This document shows, piece by piece, positions 38,099-52,559 of a DNA stretch of 64,000 bases; positions within the stretch are counted from its first letter, which is position 1; the number at the start of each line of letters is the position of its first letter. The position numbers and the translations under genes were made by a program. The DNA is taken from positions 19,022,354 through 19,086,353 of the forward strand of contig NC_068992.1 of assembly GCF_001194135.2 (NCBI RefSeq), in the 5' to 3' direction. The stretch comes from Octopus bimaculoides (lineage: Eukaryota). Under the pieces are notes generated by a model, which saw only the letters and a list, made by a program, of their open reading frames with translations, was not told the DNA's origin and did no database searches.

Positions 38099-39129
38099 NN
38101 NNNNNNNNNNNNNNNNNNNNNNNNNNNNNNNNNNNNNNNNNNNNNNNNNNNNNNNNNNNNNNNNNNNNNNNNNNNNNNNNNNNNNNNNNNNNNNNNNNNN
38201 NNNNNNNNNNNNNNNNNNNNNNNNNNNNNNNNNNNNNNNNNNNNNNNNNNNNNNNNNNNNNNNNNNNNNNNNNNNNNNNNNNNNNNNNNNNNNNNNNNNN
38301 NNNNNNNNNNNNNNNNNNNNNNNNNNNNNNNNNNNNNNNNNNNNNNNNNNNNNNNNNNNNNNNNNNNNNNNNNNNNNNNNNNNNNNNNNNNNNNNNNNNN
38401 NNNNNNNNNNNNNNNNNNNNNNNNNNNNNNNNNNNNNNNNNNNNNNNNNNNNNNNNNNNNNNNNNNNNNNNNNNNNNNNNNNNNNNNNNNNNNNNNNNNN
38501 NNNNNNNNNNNNNNNNNNNNNNNNNNNNNNNNNNNNNNNNNNNNNNNNNNNNNNNNNNNNNNNNNNNNNNNNNNNNNNNNNNNNNNNNNNNNNNNNNNNN
38601 NNNNNNNNNNNNNNNNNNNNNNNNNNNNNNNNNNNNNNNNNNNNNNNNNNNNNNNNNNNNNNNNNNNNNNNNNNNNNNNNNNNNNNNNNNNNNNNNNNNN
38701 NNNNNNNNNNNNNNNNNNNNNNNNNNNNNNNNNNNNNNNNNNNNNNNNNNNNNNNNNNNNNNNNNNNNNNNNNNNNNNNNNNNNNNNNNNNNNNNNNNNN
38801 NNNNNNNNNNNNNNNNNNNNNNNNNNNNNNNNNNNNNNNNNNNNNNNNNNNNNNNNNNNNNNNNNNNNNNNNNNNNNNNNNNNNNNNNNNNNNNNNNNNN
38901 NNNNNNNNNNNNNNNNNNNNNNNNNNNNNNNNNNNNNNNNNNNNNNNNNNNNNNNNNNNNNNNNNNNNNNNNNNNNNNNNNNNNNNNNNNNNNNNNNNNN
39001 NNNNNNNNNNNNNNNNNNNNNNNNNNNNNNNNNNNNNNNNNNNNNNNNNNNNNNNNNNNNNNNNNNNNNNNNNNNNNNNNNNNNNNNNNNNNNNNATATA
39101 TATATACGTGTGTGCGTGGATGTGGGTGT

Positions 39130-39300
39130 GTGCGTTTGTCCCCCACCGTCGCTTGACAAACCATGTTGGTGTGTTCACGTCCCTGTAACCTACGGTTCGG
39201 CAAAAGAAACCGATAGAATAAGTACTGGGTTTACAAAGAATAAGTCTTGGGCCCGATCTGTTCGATTAAAGGCGATGCTCCAGCATGGCCGCAGTCAAAT
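39130..39300 (+). mobile_element. OK-type SINE 3' part
   Basis: CGGTTCGGCAAAAGAAACCGATAGAATAAGTACT...GCTCCAGCATGGCCGCAGTCAAATG. Confidence 0.8.
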
Positions 39301-39309
39301 GCCTGAAAT

Positions 39310-39660
39310 GTGCACTACATGTCACATAAGAACAAGGTATTGCAACAGCCTCGGTTGCAGAGGACATCAGCTCTTTAATGCTCTGCCAAAACATTTGTGA
39401 GACCTGTAAGACATGGATGTAGAGGTTTTCAAAACAAAAGTCGACACTTTCCTATCCACGATACCAGACGAAACGGTGGCTCGAAATGAGACATAGTTGA
39501 GGGCAGCGATGTCAAATTCTCTTATACACCAGATGTGCCATAGAAAGTCTTCATTGCAAGTAACGCGCAGAAAGCTCAGCATAAGGAGGGAATGTCATGA
39601 TGGTGCTCCAGCAGGACCGCAGTCACTTGGCTGAAACGCATAAATAAATAAATAAATAAA
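39310..39660 (+). mobile_element. LINE (CR1/L2/RTE-like) extreme 3' end with (TAAA)n tail
   Basis: RTRYCNSLG.RGHQLFNALPKHL.DL...DV.VFKTKVD.FLSTIPDE...RAA.SNSL is a typical ORF2 C-terminus. Confidence 0.75.
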
Positions 39661-39792
39661 TATATATATGCACACACCCATACATATCTATATATACATG
39701 TGTTTGCATACATATATATATATATATGTAATACAGCGTGTGTATGTGTATGTATGTATGTATGTATATGAGTGTATATATATATATATATA

Positions 39793-39827
<35 letters not shown>

Positions 39828-42800
39828 NNNNNNNNNNNNNNNNNNNNNNNNNNNNNNNNNNNNNNNNNNNNNNNNNNNNNNNNNNNNNNNNNNNNNNNNN
39901 NNNNNNNNNNNNNNNNNNNNNNNNNNNNNNNNNNNNNNNNNNNNNNNNNNNNNNNNNNNNNNNNNNNNNNNNNNNNNNNNNNNNNNNNNNNNNNNNNNNN
40001 NNNNNNNNNNNNNNNNNNNNNNNTATAGACATGCGTATATAGAAATAGAAACTAATTCTTGTGCTACATGAAAGTAGTGACTTATAAAAACACTAATTCT
40101 CATATCTATTGTCTCGTAGTAGATAAACGTCGGCACATTTATGATGACAATACTAAATAATTCCTTCTAGTAGTAATTAAATTAATTCTGTATACAAATC
40201 GTCTATTAAGCTAAGTAACATTGTCTACTTTGCTATAAGAAATATTTTCTGTGTTTTACTTATTTAAAATTGTTTGTATGTATTTGACGAACACGGAAAC
40301 ATTGAAGACTAATGGAAAGTAATTTATTCCAATTACACAAATTTTCTTTCATTATTTTTGTTACTGCCTCATCTTATATTGATTTTTAACATTAGCCCAC
40401 GCCCACCGATTTTGGAAGAGGGGTATAGTAGAATTAATTGCTCAGTATTTAACTTGTACTCTCTTCAACGATACATCGTAACGTTTAACGCTTTAACTAT
40501 CCAAAATATTTTCTTAAGATTCTCGCTGTAGACAAATTTTGTCCATGACAAAGCAGAGACAATGGTTTGTGCACAAATTCGAACCTGATATTGGCATATT
40601 CGAAATGGTAATAACATTGAATTTATGCACATCACTGCCTGGCGCTACCACCTCGTAATTAATTTACAGTGAGCCGCCGATTAGCACAACCAGCCGACTT
40701 ACGATGACGGGAATAACATAAGCGAGATTGTCTTTCTTATCAGCTCGCAGCGTCACAGTCGCGTTCCTGTTACTGAAGAGGAGATGTCCACTCCGAAACA
40801 CATGCATCTCAATCTCTGGATATGTGACGCTGTGAGCTGCTTTAAATATACTTACACAATTTGAACACAACGAGAAACGTTGCCTACGACAAAACACAGT
40901 GAATGTCTTATTTACAAGTCCGAATGTGCCACTGACATATTTGAACTGGTAATATCATTGCATTTTTTAAGATCGTCATAATGATCCCTACTGGTTTCCG
41001 ATATAGCCTTGGTTTCGTATAATCTGATAAGCTGCAAGTTAATCTTGTAATTAAAAAAAATCTGGCAATGCATATCTTATATGATGAACGTCAGGGAAAT
41101 GCCCTGTGTAGCACAGAACTGGCAGAAGATTAAAGATTAAACCGATTTTGGTGATTTGAAATTAGAATACAAAGGATGTACCAAAATAATGTAACGCATA
41201 TCCTCGCCACTCTATACACCCTTTCGGTCCGTCACTCTTGCATATCACACATATATATATATATGTGTTTCAGTCATTGAATTGCGGCTATGCAGGTGTA
41301 CCGCCTACAAGGGATTAGTCAAAGACATCGACGGCAGTACTCATCTATTAAAAAATATATTTACTTCATCGATGTCTTTTGTCGATCGGTGAAGCATGGC
41401 CGCAGTTAAACGACTGATACAAGTACAAGAGGAAAAGAGAGTATACACATACATATATGTATATACATATATGTATATATATACGTACATATATGTATAT
41501 ATATACATATATAAATATATATATACATACGTACATACATATATATGTATATATATATGCACAAATATATATACATACACACACGACGGTGTTCTTTCTG
41601 CGTACCAATCTCGCATACGTGGCTTTTTTTTTAACCTGGGGCTATAGTTGTCTAAGATGGCACGGAGGACTGAACCTGGAACCGTATGGTTGGGAAAATA
41701 TTAAAATCAGTAATTAATTATCAACACTAATAGATGTACACAAAATATTGATTCTAAATTTTGAACCTGACCACTTTACATTATTGGAACACATTGATCG
41801 TTGGGAAGTATTAAAGTCCAAACTCGAACCCGACAGAATTTGATCTCGGAACATATAATAATCTCACTTAATTACTGCCGGGTCCCATTTTTACAACGCC
41901 AGTTATCTTTCATGAAAGTAAATATTGATTTTATATATTTGTACAATTGTATAAATTTTGAATGGTGACAGAATCGATTCATTTTAAATCAGTAGTTATG
42001 TTATGTTTAATTTGTTCACCATTAAACGAGGAATAGTAACGTGGGCTCCTATGGGATTTCAACGTTCGTAAAGCAGGTAGTTCAGTACTTAAAAGCCATT
42101 TCGTTCAATGCCCTAGCGACAGTCACCCAATGCACTATACAACTCTGAAACTATCAATAAATAAAGTGTTCATTTATAATTTATGTACAAGGCAATAGTT
42201 TTGCAAGGAAAAATGTAGAATTAATGATAATCACACTATACTTTCAAGGTGACACATAAATAAAATATATCAAATTGGATTTCAGTGTAAATGAAATACT
42301 GCTTATGGCTTCGCGTTCATTATCACATAAAGTATAACAAATACTAAAACACTACTATATCGAACATATATACAGCTATTTTTATACATAGGTTCGTACA
42401 TACAAACACATGTATACACGAGTGTTTCAATATGTTTTAAGTCTTCATATTCATCTGTTTACGTCACCGTGTTCTTACTATCACTGGCAGAATCATTAAA
42501 GTGGCAGATAATCCGTATATTTAGTTATAAAAACATTACATTCTGTGTTTAGAAAGTGTCACTGTCGACTTTAACGTCCCTTCCATGCTCCAGTAATAGC
42601 TCGCCTGTTTTGTACTAATTATAGTATAATCAATTATATGTTCATGTCTTATCAGCCTTGTATCTGGTAATAAAGAAATACCTTAATATATTATATTAGT
42701 GTGGAACAGTCATATTCATTTTTATCCTCTGATAAAAGTGTTAAGTATATTAGCAGAAATGGGTAAATTTAAACTTATCCACTAATAGTATAATACTGTT

Positions 42801-44784
42801 ATGTACCGTGATAAAATATGAAATGAATGCAATGCAGGTTAGAAATGTTACTTATTACTATCTTGTTATGTGTTAAAGTTTATTGTTTGATGCACTTTTG
42901 AAACTGGTATTACCTGAGCACAAGTAGTTAAACTTGATGTTACGCCAATTAAATACTTTACGATATTATGACGAATGTTTTCTATTGATGGGAGAAATGT
43001 GAGTACGACGTTGCATCTCTTGCTGTATCATTTTGGATTCTTCAGCTTATTCAGTTTCATTGACTGACAGTTGAAAGAATATATATTAAGCAGTTGAAAG
43101 TAATTATAATGCATAGACTATTAAAAAAAACTAAAAACGAAATGCCGTATGTAACAAACAAGTTTGTTTTTCGAAGCGCTGAAATGTATGGTAGAACAAG
43201 TATAAAGATAGATTTTATTCAACGCATAGATACTGAACAGTATAGATATAAAGGATAAGATCCCTTTTTTCTTCTGCTTTTAAAAAAAGAAATATATTTG
43301 CCGAAATAAGGAGAAATCTGATTTTACATCACTATGCATAGTTTTAGATTTGTATCTATACATATTGTAACATGTAGAGATTTAACTAACTGTTTCAACA
43401 TTAATAATCAAAAGCTACAGTACACAAAACTAGAAAATTGTCGTTTAAGTATTTACAATTACAAGCTTGAACATGAATCCATTATGTACAAGCATACATA
43501 CAGCATATACATGCATTCAATTATATGCAACTAGTCCATTGTGTTTTTGCTTTTTCTTTCAAAATTCCGATGAAAAACCCTTTTTTCCAGTTTAGAAACC
43601 AGCTCTTCTTACATAGTTGAGAATTATGGGAAGTAAAACCAAAAGAACATATATATTAATCTGCGAGGACTCTACACTGCGAAATCAAATATATTCCGCT
43701 TGACTCGGAATGAATGGCAGTTTGAAAAGTATGGTCATCTGTGGTACAATTGCATAACATCCTACTTTCTAAGAGTGTTTTTTTTCCAGTATCAGTATGT
43801 GATTTATATATNNNNNNNNNNNNNNNNNNNNNNNNNNNNNNNNNNNNATATATATATATATATATACATATATTTAATACGCACTCCGTTGCCATACAGC
43901 GTAATTTTGTGAAAAATATTGCAAATTATTGCAGACCGCTTATATTCAAGTTTCCCCGTGAAAGAGAAATTGAAATGTTATGTTTCAGGTTCAGATAAAG
44001 TATCTTTTGGTTTTAGACTTATAATATGCATATTTATAGTGACGTTTACTGAAATCGATACTTTGAGACCTGTGTAGCTCCTCTAAATAGCTCAGGTAGT
44101 ATGACCGGCACACAACATACCACATTCTTGAAAAGTTGGAAAATTAAAATCGAGTTTCACAATTACAAGGTGGACGCACATTGTATCCTCACTCAAAAGG
44201 AATATGTAACATGGACAGTTAGAATATGTTACAGTTTAGCAAACCCGACAACATATTCGCCATCGTAAACAGTCTACGCAAATAAGGAGTGAGGTATGCA
44301 CATATAAATTTGCAGATAGTTGTCCCTTTATGAAGAAAACCCAGAGGTATACTTTGCCTTTGTGTAGAAAAAAACCAGAGGCAACTTTGCCAAGCATGCC
44401 TGTGAATAACGAATGTAGTAATGAGTTATTGAATATATATATATACATGTGTGCATGTGTGTGTTGTGTGTTGAAGCGTGTTCTTTTCCAGAAAATCACT
44501 ATATGACTACTTTGTGTCAAAATAACTAATGGTTTTTTAACTATATTACAGTCCGCATTTAGCTTCTTCGCAATTATTATATTACAACATAAATAACATT
44601 CTGGTACTGATTGCAATATATTTACCTATTTTTGCTTTTGAAAAGTAACGTGGGTTTACGCGTGATGAAAACATATCGTGTATTAAATGTGAAAGTTATT
44701 GTTTCATAGACATTATCTTGAAATCTTTATAACACGTTTCCAATAATGCTTCAGTAATTAATCAACGTCCATTGACTTACAATT

Positions 44785-44833
<49 letters not shown>

Positions 44834-45299
44834 TGTAAGTATGTATGAATGCGTGTATTTGCGTGTGTGTGATTGTGTTTGTATTTGTGTTTGTATGTAA
44901 TGTGTAGGGGTTCCTAATGGTTTCGTACTGCACTGAAAAATTCATATCGAGGACTAAGTTATAAGAGTAAGACACAGAAGAGAGGCAGGCACTCGATTGT
45001 AATGTAAATTTCTTTCAAATGGCTTGTTCGACTTCTCGTGTAACAAAGGGAATTAGTATTATAAATTGCAGGTGACAATATAAATATGCATGTCTATATA
45101 GTTGTATGTTTACATTTAATGGTTTTAAGCAATGTGCTGAATTGTAATGAGTTATGAAAGACATTTCATGTCACCAATATATTAAGTATAACGCTCAGGA
45201 ATTGAAAATATCTTTAAAGTTTCGAGCCTACGCTCTTCTACAGGAAGGAACACAGAAAGAAACAAGGAAAGAAACAAGGAGAGAAAAAAATGTGTGTAG

Positions 45300-47272
45300 T
45301 GGTTACCGATCTATCATGTCGAATGCCGGACTATGAGAAAGAATAGAGAGATGACATAAGTATAAACAATGAACCGCTATAAAATGCTGAGGACTCATAC
45401 TTGAGTGCCTGCATAATCCCTTAAAATTTTATCAGAGCCTCGCTAACTGCTATTAGTTTCTTGCCTTTGAAAATACAATAGTCCAATGAATTTGTACACT
45501 GTATCGTGCATTTCCAGGAAATCATTAATACTCAAAATATATGGCTCACATGATATATTTTGTGTCTAATCGTATAGTAGAAGTACGCGGCACACTATGC
45601 CAGATATCAAATTTATATTTAGACCCATACATAAACACAAATATACATTTAGCATACGCAAATTTCACTACACACACAAACAATACATACAAAATGATAT
45701 AAATATAGTCATTTGTTGATTCACCGTGAAATAGATTATTTAAGTCAATACATAATTGTAGTTTATCTTTAGATACATTATATCTGAAAGGCTTATAAAT
45801 TTAGTACCTCAGGATAAACATTCCCGTGTTTTGAGCTTGTAATCTGTTTTGGTGAATTTTTTTATTGAAAAATCTGTTTTAATATATATTGAAGTATTAC
45901 ATAAAAATTATGAAGAAAATGCTTATAAAGTTTTCCATTTTACAACCATATATATATTTGCGTCTGTGTCTGCACACACACGGACTCACACGCATGCACA
46001 CACACTAGAAACTACTATATATGAATGCATAAGCACACACATACACACACACTATATATATAAGAGAGAGAAAGGGAGATCTAAAATTAATTTTAATCTA
46101 AAACAAATTTTAATTAAATTCCAAATAAAGATTCATTGTCTTCATACTGATAACATAAGCATGAATATGACTGTGTTTTACTTTTAAGTTATGTAAATAT
46201 AATGGTTCTTTTCAGAATAAAGTAACGATTTTTTTTTTTGTAAATTGAAATTATAAGTTGCTGCTTGTTTGAAATTTTTGTTCGTTGTTGTGTATAAGAT
46301 AGAGCACCTGCCGTGGTAAAAGGCCAGATTATATATGACTACTATATGATTTTGTTCATAATATATTTGGTAACTCGTTTGCTGTTTTGAATAGTGTGGT
46401 TGAATTGATTGTATGCTTATCCTATCGTTGATTCTCGGGCAATAAACGTCGATACCTACTAACGTTTCTAAATACCTTTTTCTTTTACCCAAATATAGGG
46501 CGTATTTTAATTTGTTATTGGTGTTGCTTTTATTTACAACTGTATAATAATCAGGAATATTTTTGCCGCGATTATTCCATGTTTTTAAGTAAATTTCCTT
46601 TTTAAATGGGGTATGTTATAATAATCGTCGTCGTACACTATGCTTGTGTCCGAGAATTTGTTCGTCTCGTTGAAGTGTTCCTCCATGTTGATGGCGCCTA
46701 TTACTGAATATCCAGTAGTTGCTTCATCGGGATTCAACAATATCACATATCTAAAGAAATATCCGGCTTCAACTTCAGCTGCTATACATGAACACACAAT
46801 TATTATTTCGAGAGATTGAATATGTCATGAGCAGCATTGAACTACAAAAATCACCATACAACACCCCTTTTAGAATATTCAAGTATGGGAAATGTATCTC
46901 CAAACCAAACATTTCACTCCGATTTTGAAAATATGAGAAGATACCTATTTAAAGATACACTTACTACCCAACAATTTCAAATTATATAAATTAAAATTAT
47001 ATAAACCTGCTCGTTGGAATTGGTCAACTGACCACGTTTAGGCTGCTTTTCTATTGTCAGTGCCCGGAAGTGTCTGAGGTGTAGGTTTATGCCGAACAAC
47101 TGATGCCAGGTGGAGGAAGAGTACAGTTGTCGACTGAATCAATAGTGAAAATTAGCCCATCAGATTTCTTAACGAAAGAAGATAAGAATTGTATTCTTTC
47201 TGTAGTAGCAACTGCGAGAGGGATTATATGAAGGACAAAAATGAAAGGAATAAGGTGAGGCACCTTCATCAT
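45300..47272 (-). pseudogene. Possible secreted M12B (ADAM/reprolysin-like) metalloprotease remnant
   Basis: Signal-like start MMKVPHLIPFIFVLHIIPLAVA (47272), then KRKRYLETLVGID (~46490; furin site plus YVETLVVAD-like), weak HD...FIGL.Y / GLC near 45500-45410; no intact HEXXH. Confidence 0.25.
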
Positions 47273-47619
47273 TAGCCCTAATTTGGTGAATTTTTCATTT
47301 CCACTTAAAAAGGCAAATACGGCTGGAGAGATGTTTGACTGAAGACATGTTTGGAAAAAGATGGAAGAATGTTGGTCATGAAAGGCTCCGCGTGAATGTG
47401 ATATGGTTTAAAAACCCAGGTCAGTGGTAAGGCGGGGTTCGTGGTGTCCGTTATAATCCTGCCTCCATTCCATCTATTATGTCTTATTTTGCCCTATCAT
47501 CATCCGTATTATATATGTTTTTAGAATTTTTGAAAGGACCCTAATCGCATTTCTTGTAAAGCCATTCGACTTCATTGTGCTGTCTCTTCTATGTATGTCC
47601 TTATGGATAATAAAACATT

Positions 47620-48030
47620 AAGAAACTTGATTACGCCGGGCGAAATGCTTAACTGTATTTCGTCTGTCTTTACGTTGTGATTTTTTCATCCTTTCGGGGT
47701 CGATAAATTAAGTACTAATTACGTACTGGGGTCGATCTAATCGACTGGCTCCCTCTCCAAAATTTTCGGGCCTTTGGCCTAGAGTAGAAAATAATATTTC
47801 CGGATTGATTCTAGTGGTTCTATTTTATCAACTAAATATATAGATTTCGTGCAAATATTGGCAAAAGAAGTGAGGGATTAAGTCAGTTACATCCACTCCA
47901 AACTCAGTTGATTCTTACTGTAGTAACCCCGAAAGGATGAAAGACACAGTTGACCTAGGTAGAATTTGAGGTTAGAACGTAAAGACGAGCAAACCATTTT
48001 CCCCCGCGAGCCAAGAATTCTGCACGCCCA
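47620..48030. mobile_element. Two major-family SINEs in opposite orientation
   Basis: Plus copy ~47620-47800, minus copy ~47850-48030. Confidence 0.75.
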
Positions 48031-50215
48031 CTGCCTTAGATTTCAGACAAATGTAAAACATGTAGGATGTTGGTATAAATTTTCATTAAAAGAAATGAAA
48101 ATACTTAAGCAAGATATTCTCATTTTAACGATAGTAAATATATTGCTACAAGTTAGCGATCAAGTGATCATTTGCAGAGAGTAAAAACTGAGAGAGAGAG
48201 AGAGAGGGGGGTGAGGGAAGGAGAGAGGAAGATCATTAAGCTGAAGATTGGAATTCTCTAGTTCCGGCTTTGGGTATATTGATGAGCTGTTTTCCTTGAA
48301 ATTAATACTACTTTGCATCATTTAGATCTGTGATAGGAGGAAATATTTTGGCGTCACATCCATATATATATTAACATATAATGAACATTATAATCAACAT
48401 TATCATAATATGCAGCGCATAACTTTGTATAATTACTATTAATTAGTTCTGTATATGTGCTTTTCTTCCATTTTGAATAGGTCACTGGTTTTATAGACGA
48501 AAACATTACTTTTAGATTTTCGTTAATTCCTTGAGTAAGAAGTAAGATTATATTAAAATGAAGTGTATGTAAACATACACTTCATTAATTAATGAGAGTA
48601 AACTCGTATTAACAATATATAAAACGGTTTTAAGAGAATTTTAATATTATATTTTTCATTCAAAAACAGAAGATAATATCGGTTTCGTTTTGGACTCATT
48701 GTTAATTTTTTTCCTATTTCAGAGACATAGTAGCCGATGGAGAGGTTTCCAGCAGTTTCCAACAGGTTGTTTCAAAGATGAGAAGTTGCTGATGTCAAAA
48801 CATCCTTCACTTTCGTCTTAGAAAATGCTGCGAGACATTGAGTAGCCTGCTGGTCGTACTTTAAGAACACATGCACAAGACAGCATATATTTTAAAGAAA
48901 ATAAATTCACGCAACAATATTTTATAGGCTGTCTTTTCCTTTAATCTATCATTATTCTAATGTGTCTAATCCCTTGTATATCAAGGTATGTATCTGAACT
49001 GTACACTCTCACAAGAAGTACCTGTGTTTGTTCAATTTGCGTCGAACAATGTGTCGAAAAAACAAATCTTTTACTAAACTCTGAGACTTCCTCCATCTCA
49101 CCGCAACTAATCTCCTTGATCGCTCTCCTCGTTGTTTTGTTATTACAAATATCAATAGGTAGAAGTTAAAATAAGCATCGAAAACGTGTAACTGACAAGC
49201 CAAGCATTGGTGAAAAACGTCTGTGTAAATAAATTTCACATCTCACAGTAAATAAAAAAAAAAAGAGAAAGCAAAATAAAATAGACAGAAAATATGTATT
49301 CTTAAATGACGCTTAAATTTTAAGTGCTCAAATATAGAAGTGTATATATATGAAAATTTTAAAGCATGTGTGTTTAACTTTCTGTGTGACTGCGTGCGTA
49401 CGCGTTAATTCTGCTATGACTGAAGGTACGTAATATATATATACTTTTGGCAATATATGTATGAATGCGAATTGCGTACAATTTTGAGTTAGTTATACTA
49501 TATAGCTGAGAATATAAGCTGGATTGTATATATGCGTGCATAGATCCGTGTGTGAACATGTTTCTTTATGTTAGATTGAGATTTTGTCTAGCCATTTGAA
49601 TATACTTTATAGAGTATAGCGGAAATTGTATAAGCTCACGCATATGTGTATGTTTCTGTGTTAGTTTTTCGATAAATACTAATAAAATTTGTTTGGTTTC
49701 TTTTTACCTGTACGTTTATGAAAATACGTCTTATTTTTTTTTCTTTGTACCTTTGAACTTCAATATCAATAACCTTTTAAAGTTAGAATATTTTCAAGAA
49801 TGTTATCTAAAAGACTATATATGGTTTGATATATCTCACATAGTAATATAGCTGGCGGACTGTTCAATGACACACCATATTTACAAAAAAACAAAACAAA
49901 CAAGAAAACAACAACAAAAAAGCGAGTGTACAATGAAAAACATATCCATAAACAACTATAATTAGTTATGCTGTTGCACATGAAAACACTGTAGAACGTT
50001 TAGAGTTTAAAAAAATGATATTTTGAAAAATATATAACTAAACAAAACTTACATTTAAATACTGGATAATTCAAAGTCATGTTGAAATTGTCTGTATCTG
50101 TACGATAACATATGTATATATGATATACATATGCATATATACGCACCTTCATCAGCACACATAAACACACACACACACACACACATAAACACATAAACAC
50201 ACACACACACACACA

Positions 50216-50260
<45 letters not shown>

Positions 50261-50270
50261 NNNNNNNNNN

Positions 50271-50311
<41 letters not shown>

Positions 50312-50579
50312 CACAGTATATATGCCTACATATACATACATATATAAAAACCCATCAACAACAAACGTGCAAGAATAGAGAATCTCAAATCTGTATCAAA
50401 CGTGTTTCGCTGCAGTTTACACGAGTTTGGTTTCGATCAGTAACTGATGTAGTATCTGCAGGTATAAATAAAATGAAAACAAAAAAAAAATGATACTGCT
50501 ATTTGAACATCATTGAAGCGCAATTGAAAATAGCAACTTTTAACCCAATGCGATTTCCGTTTTCCAATCATGAACGATA

Positions 50580-50745
50580 TTGCAAGAGATAATTCCATTA
50601 CATCGACTGTAGTACTCAACTGGTACTTATTTTATCGACCTCAAGAGGTTGAAAAACAAACTCAACCTCGGCGGATTTTGAATTCAGAACGCAAAGATGG
50701 ACGAAATGCCGCTAAGCCAGCTACCGATTCTGCCAGCTTGTCGCC
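50580..50745 (-). mobile_element. Major SINE family copy
   Basis: GGTACTTATTTTATCGACC...GAAATGCCGCTAAG...TTCTGCCAGCTTG on the plus strand. Confidence 0.8.
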
Positions 50746-51379
50746 ATAATCATGTCTGATATTGATAACGAAAACAATGATATCGATAACAGCACTACTA
50801 CCACCAGCCACAACAGTATCACCAAATATGCGAGCTACTTGAGAGGATGTATTATTCCATATTTCCCCTGGTGTTTGCATTTAAATCAAGATCTACTTCA
50901 GAACTAAGGAATAACATTGTGAAGATCCCTCTATCGCCTATAAAAAGCAGTTGAAAATCTACTGGGGAAAAAAGCTCACCCAAACTTAAATCAATTCATG
51001 GTTAAACACATTCGTCAGCAGAAATATTTCTTTGCACGTGAAATGGATCTCACAGATAATAATTGTTATTCAAACTCCTTCGATAATAGACGAATATCTA
51101 AAAACATTCCAAAAAAGTGAAAACCGCCACAGAAGAGACATAAAACTGTAAACATATCATCGCCACCGTCGCTACTATTACGCATCTCTCACATCTTCAC
51201 TTTAAACTAATCCAGCAGAGACGATTGTTAAATATACAGAAATTAAAAAAATATATTCTAAAATTAAACTTGAAAATAATTTTTCCAACTTCCTTAAGAT
51301 TTTATTGAATAACAAGTCTTCACAAAATTATGGTGGAGGCGGGGAACCCTGTTATTTTAAAATTTATTGAAAATGTTTC

Positions 51380-52080
51380 AGAAGACTTCTGAAAAATAGG
51401 CGACAACACGTATAAGAATACCAGTACCTGCTTGTTTGCAGCTGCTGCCATTATGAAAATTGGGAAAGAGCACAGGTGACACCTGTAGTGCACGCAGTAA
51501 TGAAATAACTGAAAATAAACCTACCCAAAGGATAATTAAACTGAAGAAAATATCTGCGCCGCAGAATCGGATATTCAAACGCCATCTGCAAGTATAAGCG
51601 AAGGAATAAGCTCACAGTACACCAAATCGAACGTAAAATACTAGGAAAATATATGGAGAATTCAAAAAGGTGAGTGAAAACCGACCATCGTTATCGGAAA
51701 ATATACCATAAAGAGACGGTATTGACAGCAATTTTTCATCCGATACGCAAGCTCTTTCCCAAGGCATAACGAAAAACACATTTTAAAGCATTTTGACCTG
51801 AGCTCTGGAATGGAAAGAAAGATTTTTATCAGAATGCATTATGGCTAGTTATAATCGGGAAACGAAAATCGATACACAAGATCAGCATTCAAATTGTCAC
51901 CAAAACTGGGAACGCAGCATAATGGGAGATAATCAAGAAAAAAATTTGTTAGTTGAATATCGGTACAAGATGCTGATATTTTATATGAAGTCACTAATAT
52001 GTATAATTAAAAGAAATATGGTAAACCACATTGACAAACAAACTTGCCATAGAATGGAAAAATGTTGTAACCAAGAATGA
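51380..52080 (-). pseudogene. Possible multi-pass membrane protein remnant (Acyl_transf_3/NRF-6-like)
   Basis: One frame 51780-51390 with two stops: YALGKSLRIG*...RWSVFTHLFEFSIYF...AFEYPIL...FIFSYF, resembling an NRF-6 C-terminus (SW..F.PLSRL.Y..YL; FE.P). Confidence 0.25.
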
Positions 52081-52088
52081 AAACACTG

Positions 52089-52136
52089 GCTAATGTATCC
52101 AAACTTTGCTAATGTAGCCAAACTTTGCTAATGTAT
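52089..52136. repeat. 19-bp tandem repeat, 2.5 copies
   Basis: GCTAATGTA.CCAAACTTT at 52089 and 52108, partial at 52127. Confidence 0.9.
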
Positions 52137-52559
52137 CATGTAATTTTCTCCAAGTCCATTCTGAGTTCAACATTTTGATTATGCACGAGTAGGAAAACAA
52201 CGCAGAATACTTATGGGAGTATACGGTACTATGAAATCTTGAGATAACATGATTACATTACAGAAATGCATTCGATTTAGTTTTCTGCCCATATTTGCTG
52301 GAGTAAGACATTACTCTTGATTGCCTGAGTTACTGTCTTGAAAGTTTCGCGGAGACTGGGGCAAGAAACTATAAACTTGTAAAAGAAAGCAGAACTATTT
52401 TGTGATAAAGTAAAAACTAATATTCCAAGGAGACTGTTTGCGAGCATCTAATTATTTCAAAACTAAATTCACTCTAATTTCTGTTTCTCAGAGAGCTGAT
52501 GGTTATGGTTACCAAATTAGAAGTGAACAATATTAAAAAAAAAAAAATCCTAACGTTGT

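Noticed and set aside
40660-40980. GC-richer unique block with a 77-aa ORF
   Set aside because: No family motif recognised on either strand and no clear exon boundaries.
44050-44616. GT31-like words (MLGK, LRW, WYV) on the minus strand
   Set aside because: Motif spacing does not fit the family and the DDD motif is absent.
48721-49169. Acceptor-like TTTCAG at 48722 and a Cys-rich, GPI-tail-like ORF 48960-49169
   Set aside because: All frames after the acceptor stop within ~33 codons, and the Cys spacing does not match Ly6/three-finger proteins.
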